From NCBI GenBank assembly GCA_027532905.1, contig JAPZUA010000001.1:1111950-1175949 (forward strand): DNA of 64,000 nucleotides, in the 5' to 3' direction. The notes under the pieces were generated by a model. The model was given only the letters and a program-made list of their open reading frames with translations. It was not told the DNA's origin and did not search any database. The DNA is from Magnetospirillum sp. Lineage in GTDB: Bacteria > Pseudomonadota > Alphaproteobacteria > CACIAM-22H2. Below are positions 58,591 to 64,000 of the stretch, in pieces; position 1 is the stretch's first letter, and every line of letters starts with the position of its first letter. The position numbers were made by a program, and so were the translations under genes.

Positions 58591-59868
58591 TCAACCGAAC
58601 GTGGGCGATGGCAAGATACGCCCGCTGCAGGCGCCGAAGCCGATCCGATGGTCTTGCCCGCGTGCGTATCCCCGCAGCGTCACGACATCGCCGTCTTCGA
58701 TGAACGTGCGGCTCGCTCCCTCGTCCAGCCGTATCGGTCGTTTGCCGCCGTGGGTCAGCTCCAGCAGGGAGCCCTGACTTCCATCCGTCGGCCCCGAGAT
58801 CGTGCCTGAACCGATCAGGTCGCCAGTCTCCATCTTGCAGCCGCCGACCGCATGATGCGCGATCTGCTGCGCAGACGAATAGTACATCTCTCGGTAATTG
58901 GTCCGACTTACCGTGGTCGGCGCGTGCGCGCCGGTCGGCGTCAATTGAACCTCGAGATCGATGTCGTAGAGCATCGGACCGGGCTCATTAAGATACGGCA
59001 GTAGGGGACGCTCGCGCGGCGGCGTCGGAGTCCGGAACGGTTCCAGAGCGGCTGTCGTGACGATCCAGGGACTGATCGTCGTTGCGAAGACTTTCGATTG
59101 GAACGGGCCAAGCGGCTGATACTCCCAAGCTTGGATGTCCCGCGCAGACCAGTCGTTCAGGAGCACATAGCCAAACACCAATTCGTCGGCCTGTGCGACG
59201 GAGAGCGGTGTCCCCATTTCCGACGGCAAGCCAATGACCGCGCCCATCTCCAGCTCGAAATCCAGACGGCGGCACGGACCGAACACCGGCAGATCGGCGT
59301 CCGCAGGCTTCATCTGACCCAACGGTCGCCTGATCGGTGTGCCGTCGACGACAACCGTCGAGGCGCGTCCGTTGTAGCCGATCGGGATGCTGAGCCAGTT
59401 CGGCGGTAGCGCGTATTCGGGCCCTCGGAAAAGCGTGCCCACATTCACAGCGTGGTTCTTGCCGGCGTAGAAATCCGTGAATCCGGATACCTTGATCGGC
59501 AGATGCTGCACGACTTCGGACAGCGGTCGAAGAGCCCTGGAACACAAGGAGCGGCTACCGCTCAGGCGCGGATCGCCGCCGTCGATCAGTAGGTCGGTCA
59601 GGCGTTCACGGACCTGACGCCACTTACCACGCCCCCGCGCCATGAACCCGTTCAGCGCGGATGCCGCGAACACCGACGTCCAATCGCGGCCGAACCATCC
59701 TTCGCTCTCGAGTACCGACAGATCGAGGACGCTTTCACCGATGGCCACCCCGCAGCGTGGGGCTTCGCCTGCCGGGCTGAAGACACCATAAGGTAGGTTC
59801 CGAAGCGGAAATTCGCAGTCCGGGGCATTCGCATTTTCAAGCCAGCTCTTCATGTCGGCAGCGATCAT
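58591..59868 (-). CDS. Fumarylacetoacetase (FAH) family hydrolase
   Basis: The 425-aa product has an N-terminal FAH_N domain and a C-terminal FAH domain with metal-binding acidic residues. Confidence 0.85.
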   Translation of the reverse strand: MIAADMKSWLENANAPDCEFPLRNLPYGVFSPAGEAPRCGVAIGESVLDLSVLESEGWFGRDWTSVFAASALNGFMARGRGKWRQVRERLTDLLIDGGDPRLSGSRSLCSRALRPLSEVVQHLPIKVSGFTDFYAGKNHAVNVGTLFRGPEYALPPNWLSIPIGYNGRASTVVVDGTPIRRPLGQMKPADADLPVFGPCRRLDFELEMGAVIGLPSEMGTPLSVAQADELVFGYVLLNDWSARDIQAWEYQPLGPFQSKVFATTISPWIVTTAALEPFRTPTPPRERPLLPYLNEPGPMLYDIDLEVQLTPTGAHAPTTVSRTNYREMYYSSAQQIAHHAVGGCKMETGDLIGSGTISGPTDGSQGSLLELTHGGKRPIRLDEGASRTFIEDGDVVTLRGYARGQDHRIGFGACSGRILPSPTFG

Positions 59869-60023
59869 CCAATGCCACGCCTTTCAGGAAGTCGGCATGG
59901 CCAAATTGCGGGTTGTAGCTTTCGCCATTACCACACCTACTGCCAAGCTTCGCGACATCCAAGTCCCCTTGGGAGGGGACACAAAAATTAGCCTTCTTCA
60001 GCCTTCTTCGGGCCAAATCGGCG

Positions 60024-60821
60024 TTGAATCAGCCCCGAAAAAATCTGATGATATCAATAATTAACGGGGTGGGGGGCTGCGCTGTGATCGAGAACATCAT
60101 TCTGGAAATCGGCAAACCCCGATTCTCAGCACAGCTTTTTGACGGCGTTAGTCGAGCACTGAACCTGCGGCAGATGGTGGCATACCGATTCGACCCGATC
60201 GGGAAAATCGAACTGCTGTTCGCAGCGAGTCGGGATGGCGAAGATGCGATGCACCGCGCCATTCGTGACTATTCGACAAGCCTCCATACGAGGGATCCCC
60301 TCCGCTGTTACCTTCAAGCGCAACGCGAGCGGCAGTTGCGCGTCCATCATGTTGAGGCCCGAACGATTTCCGACACGTATTTCCGCCAGAACCTCTATGT
60401 GTCGCAGCGCATAGCGAGCAAGACCGCCATCGTCATCCGCCGACCGGCTGACGCCATCGCAATCGGATTCTTCCGAGGCGACGATGCGGGCGAGTTCTCT
60501 GATCGACAGTGGGATTTCTTGAATCGGTCCGCCGGCGCCGTTGCAGCCGCCGTTGAACGACATATCGATCTCTGCCGCGAACCACCTGTCGCCGATTGGG
60601 GAAGCCGTCTCGAGTCCGTCGCGTGCAGTCAGCCCCTTTCGCGGCAGGAGATCGCTGTGTGCAGCCAGATTCTCGAGGGCTATTTCAACGAAGCGATCTC
60701 ACTCAATATGGGCATCTCGGTCCACTCAGTGATCACGTACCGACGGCGCGCCTTCGCTAAACTACGGGTCGGCACGCAGAACGAATTGTTCAATCTACTC
60801 CTGCGCGGGCGGGCCAACTAG
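60024..60821 (+). CDS. LuxR-family transcriptional regulator (solo)
   Basis: The C-terminal HTH_LuxR LSRQEIAVCSQILEGYFNEAISLNMGISVHSVITYRRRAFAKL is present. An alternative start lies at 60048. Confidence 0.75.
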   Translation: MNQPRKNLMISIINGVGGCAVIENIILEIGKPRFSAQLFDGVSRALNLRQMVAYRFDPIGKIELLFAASRDGEDAMHRAIRDYSTSLHTRDPLRCYLQAQRERQLRVHHVEARTISDTYFRQNLYVSQRIASKTAIVIRRPADAIAIGFFRGDDAGEFSDRQWDFLNRSAGAVAAAVERHIDLCREPPVADWGSRLESVACSQPLSRQEIAVCSQILEGYFNEAISLNMGISVHSVITYRRRAFAKLRVGTQNELFNLLLRGRAN

Positions 60822-60945
60822 CGTCTAGTCTGCCGTGTCGCATCCGGAGGCGACTTGTCAGGGCAAGCCTCGCCTATAATTTCGATCCCTGATCGGACGG
60901 CGAAACCTCGGGCAATCGCTTGTCCGATCCGTTTAGGAGCTTCTT

Positions 60946-61863
60946 ATGGTCTATTGTGTAATTGGCGGCGCCGGTTTCATTGGTCGACGTGTCGTCCGCT
61001 CGCTTGCTGCTAAAGGGCACGAAGTCGTTTCCCTCGATATCGATTCGACACGACATTTCGACGATCTCGGAAGCCAGGTGCGGTCCGTCCGCATTGACCT
61101 CGCCCAGTTCGAGGACGTCGTAAGCGCATTCGCCGACCACCGGCCCGAAGCCGTCATCAATCTAAGCTACATGCGCGAGACGTTTCCACGGCCCGCCATG
61201 AAGGTTAATGTCCTCGGTATGGACAACTGCTTTGAAGCGGCACGCGTGTGCGGCGTCGAGCGCGTTGTCTATTCGAGTTCTATCGCGATTCACGGGCGTC
61301 AGGCGCCTTACGGCAGGCGAAAGATTACCGAAGACGACGCACCATTCCCCATCCGCCAATACTCCGTCCACAAGGTCTTCAACGAGTGGCAAGCGAAGGA
61401 ATATCGCGAGAAACACGGAATGTGCATCGCGGGCGTACGGGCGGCCCATGTCGCCGGCGTCGATAAGCTTATCGGTTCCGTCGATCACGTCGAGTGTATC
61501 GTGAAACCGGCGCTAGGACAGAAAGCGGAGTTCGAATTTCGCGACCAGATGCGTTGTGTCATCCACGCCGACGATGCGGCCGAAGTCTTCGTGCTGATCG
61601 CGCTCGCGCGCGCACCGAAGCACACGATCTACAATTCCGGTGGCGAAACGCTCAGCATCGGCGATATTGCAGAAATGGTCCGAAGCGAAATCCCTGATGC
61701 CGAGATCGCCTTCCGAAACGAGACAGGCGGTGAGGCACAATCGACAGCCTACCTGTTCGATAACAGCCGCTTCGTAAGTGAGTTTGGCTTCCAATTCATG
61801 CCGTATCGGCAACGTATTCCGCAGATGATCGACGAAGTACGCAAGCGACCATCGGGGACCTGA
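60946..61863 (+). CDS. NAD-dependent epimerase/dehydratase family protein
   Basis: The sequence begins VIGGAGFIGRRV, and the catalytic YxxxK motif (YSVHK) is present. Confidence 0.8.
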   Translation: MVYCVIGGAGFIGRRVVRSLAAKGHEVVSLDIDSTRHFDDLGSQVRSVRIDLAQFEDVVSAFADHRPEAVINLSYMRETFPRPAMKVNVLGMDNCFEAARVCGVERVVYSSSIAIHGRQAPYGRRKITEDDAPFPIRQYSVHKVFNEWQAKEYREKHGMCIAGVRAAHVAGVDKLIGSVDHVECIVKPALGQKAEFEFRDQMRCVIHADDAAEVFVLIALARAPKHTIYNSGGETLSIGDIAEMVRSEIPDAEIAFRNETGGEAQSTAYLFDNSRFVSEFGFQFMPYRQRIPQMIDEVRKRPSGT

Positions 61864-61884
61864 GATCCACGCTTTGGCAACTCG

Positions 61885-63588
61885 TCAGGCACGTTTCCCA
61901 GCCATATGCCGTACAGCAGTATAGGCGAAAACAATCGCAGCTCCGATGTTGATGCCGCCCCCCGGGTAGAAACCGCGCATAACCGGCGAGATGTCCTGCC
62001 CGGAAGCGTAGAGTCCCTCGATCGGGTGATCATCGGACCCTACGACCTGGCTGTCCGCCGTCGCCTTCAAACCTATCGCGGTGCCCAGCGTTGAAGGATA
62101 AATCCGGAGCGCCACATAGGGCGGATTGCAGATCGGACCGAGATTTGGGTTGGGTTTTACTGATGGATCGCCGAGCATCTTAAACCCGAAAGGCGTGGTC
62201 CCGCGCCTGAAGTCAGGATCGAGTCCCGTGCGTGCATATTCGTTATTTTTTCTAACCGATTCAGTCAATCCGTTCGGATCGACGGCGATCTTTGCGGCAA
62301 GCTCCTCGATGCTTGAACCGACGACGATATAGCCGCTCCCTTCGTAAGGGCGAAGCGACGGTCGATAAGGCCGAATCATGCCCAGCCCCCAGCGCCAGAC
62401 GAACTTACGATCACAGATGAAGTAGAACCGGTTGCCGTCAGCAACTCCGTTCTTGAACATCGCAGCACCGATATCGTGGTAAGTTGAAGACTCATTTACG
62501 AACCGCTTCCCGGTTGCATCGACCGCAATCAGGCCAGGCTTCCCTCGATCTAGATAGCCATAGAGGATCGTTTCTTCGCTGCCATCCGGATGCTTTAGGA
62601 CAGACGATGGCTGCCACAGGCCGGAACCAACCACGTTGTCGTCGATCACGGCACCGATCTTTCGTGCCGCATTGATGCCTTGGCCGACATTCCCGATCCA
62701 GCCAACCGAATGGTCGTGCGGATGATTGGGACCTAGCTCGCGCCGCATTTCGGCGTTGTGAGGGAACCCACCGGTCCCAAGAAAAACGCCACGCAACGCG
62801 CGAATGCGACGTTTCGTACCGTCTTGATCCACGACGGCACCGATCACCTTTGAATCTTCGACAATCAGCTCGATGAGTGGCGATCGGACCCAAATGTCTG
62901 CTTTCATATTTCGCAGCGTAAGGAGCATCCGAGCGACGAGGGCGTTACCGGCGCCTATGTCCGTACCGCGTGAGTATCTGAGGCGATCCATCGCAAATCG
63001 CGCCACCGTAGAAACCACAGTCGCGAAGCCACTAATTGACCGGAACGGATTGAGGAAATTATCAACTTTGCGCTTGTCGATCGACATCCCACCCAGAAGC
63101 ATAAGGCGATGGATCGGCGGACGAAGAAGTTCGAAATCCTGTCCGAGTTTCCGCCCGTCGAAACGTCGCGGCTCAAGTGTCCGCCCTTCGAGAACACCAC
63201 CCTCCGTCTCTGCGTGGTAGTCGGGCCATTTCACGTAGTCGTAGACGACTTCGGTGTCGCGCTGTAGCTCCGCGATCGCTTTTGGGCCAGCCTCTAGGAA
63301 CGCCTCGACAAGATCAGAGCGGTAGTAGTTTCCAAGCTCGTTGCGTAGGTATATTCGCGCGTTCTCTACAGAATCCTGCGCACCCGCTGCCTTCGCTTGG
63401 TAAGTATTCGGCACCCACGCGAACCCACCAGACGTCGCCGTCGTTCCACCAATAACCGACATTTTTTCGCAGATAAGCACGCGGAGTTGCTGCTTGCGAG
63501 CGAAGATGCCCGCAGACAATCCGGCAGCACCGCTTCCGAATACCAGCAGGTCTGTCTCGTGGTCCCAGTTGGTGCTTGATGCTGTCAT
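61885..63588 (-). CDS. FAD-dependent oxidoreductase (FAD_binding_2; KstD/fumarate-reductase-flavoprotein-like)
   Basis: The motif LVFGSGAAGLSAG is present, with FAD_binding_2 architecture. An ATG at 63588 was confirmed. Confidence 0.8.
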   Translation of the reverse strand: MTASSTNWDHETDLLVFGSGAAGLSAGIFARKQQLRVLICEKMSVIGGTTATSGGFAWVPNTYQAKAAGAQDSVENARIYLRNELGNYYRSDLVEAFLEAGPKAIAELQRDTEVVYDYVKWPDYHAETEGGVLEGRTLEPRRFDGRKLGQDFELLRPPIHRLMLLGGMSIDKRKVDNFLNPFRSISGFATVVSTVARFAMDRLRYSRGTDIGAGNALVARMLLTLRNMKADIWVRSPLIELIVEDSKVIGAVVDQDGTKRRIRALRGVFLGTGGFPHNAEMRRELGPNHPHDHSVGWIGNVGQGINAARKIGAVIDDNVVGSGLWQPSSVLKHPDGSEETILYGYLDRGKPGLIAVDATGKRFVNESSTYHDIGAAMFKNGVADGNRFYFICDRKFVWRWGLGMIRPYRPSLRPYEGSGYIVVGSSIEELAAKIAVDPNGLTESVRKNNEYARTGLDPDFRRGTTPFGFKMLGDPSVKPNPNLGPICNPPYVALRIYPSTLGTAIGLKATADSQVVGSDDHPIEGLYASGQDISPVMRGFYPGGGINIGAAIVFAYTAVRHMAGKRA

Positions 63589-63647
63589 TTTTAAGTTCCT
63601 TGTCCGGTCCATCGCCGGATATCCGGTGATCGGCTTGGATTTCTGGT

Positions 63648-64000
63648 TCAGGCGCCGTCGCCATGTTTAGCGTCGCTCGGTGCCGGCGGGTCTTCGACGA
63701 AGACATCCCGAACGAGCTCTGGATCTACCTTGATCGATACCCCGGCCCGCTCTTGAGGAAGGAGCATAACGGAGCGAGCATCTCTACCACCCCAACCGCG
63801 GTTCATCGCCTCGAGGATATCGGCAAGCGCGAGATTGGCGATCCGCATAGGTACGCGCAGTTCACGACCGAGTTCGGTCGCGAGCTTCAGATCTTTCTCA
63901 ACGATTTCCAGTGAAGCATGCGGCGGATCAAAGTTCGCCGGCAGGAATTCGTCTGCAAGGCCGTCAAACGTCCGTCGTCGGCCGATCGACCCTTGACGAA
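63648..64000 (-). CDS. NAD(P)-dependent oxidoreductase, HIBADH/6PGDH-like, C-terminal part (5' end outside the window)
   Basis: The C-terminal helical domain pattern ...MRIANLALADILEAMNRGWG is typical of 3-hydroxyisobutyrate-dehydrogenase-type enzymes. The ORF continues past the window end. Confidence 0.55.
   Translation of the reverse strand, partial: RQGSIGRRRTFDGLADEFLPANFDPPHASLEIVEKDLKLATELGRELRVPMRIANLALADILEAMNRGWGGRDARSVMLLPQERAGVSIKVDPELVRDVFVEDPPAPSDAKHGDGA

Noticed and set aside
1-64000. CRISPR arrays, rRNA genes, additional tRNAs.
   Set aside because: No regularly spaced short repeats and no rRNA-like conserved stretches were seen. Only one cloverleaf, tRNA-Ala, was found.

Overview
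High-GC window, probably alphaproteobacterial, with three distinct zones.

- **Zone 1, 1-8.6 kb: conserved core.** Minus-strand housekeeping genes in textbook synteny: partial rlmJ, a tandem cold-shock-domain protein, an ornithine cyclodeaminase-family gene, lapA-like, ihfB, sppA, rpsA, cmk, aroA. A TIGR02300-like zinc-ribbon/acidic protein and tRNA-Ala(GGC) with its terminator close the zone.
- **Zone 2, about 8.6-13.6 kb: compact integrative island directly 3' of tRNA-Ala.** It carries an AlpA-like excisionase/regulator, an XRE repressor, a 453-aa protein, a small ORF and a distal tyrosine recombinase.
 - The 453-aa protein has an unrecognisable N-domain fused to a Lon-type AAA+ module and has no protease domain. 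Its Walker A Thr and Walker B Asp appear reciprocally swapped (GKD / TE). I rate this the most likely undescribed system in the window: a candidate defence or toxin module.
 - The XRE repressor is divergent from that gene, and a perfect palindrome operator sits inside the TTACAA-N16-TATAAT promoter that drives it.
 - The island is followed by an AT-rich stretch and a lower-GC accessory block of about 14.3-19.2 kb (isochorismatase-family hydrolase, MFS transporter, TauD-like dioxygenase, 3-hydroxyacyl-CoA dehydrogenase, IS3-family transposase remnant).
- **Zone 3, 19.2-64 kb: large catabolic supercluster.** The gene content suggests an N-heterocyclic/aromatic substrate.
 - Three XDH/CoxL-family Mo-hydroxylase large subunits, but only one operon with FAD and FeS partners, unusually arranged M-S-L-M-S.
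 - Two PhtD-like paralogs, an AtzG/AtzE-like small-subunit plus amidase pair, a TcuAB-like flavoprotein/FeS-membrane pair, 2OG oxygenases, alpha/beta and fumarylacetoacetate hydrolases.
 - TAXI-TRAP and Dpp-like ABC transporters, and GntR, XRE and LuxR regulators.
- **Recurrent motif.** A TTTTGGAACAC-type motif, often as an inverted pair, recurs upstream of at least six operons across 35 kb. It marks a candidate shared regulon.

No CRISPR array or rRNA was seen.
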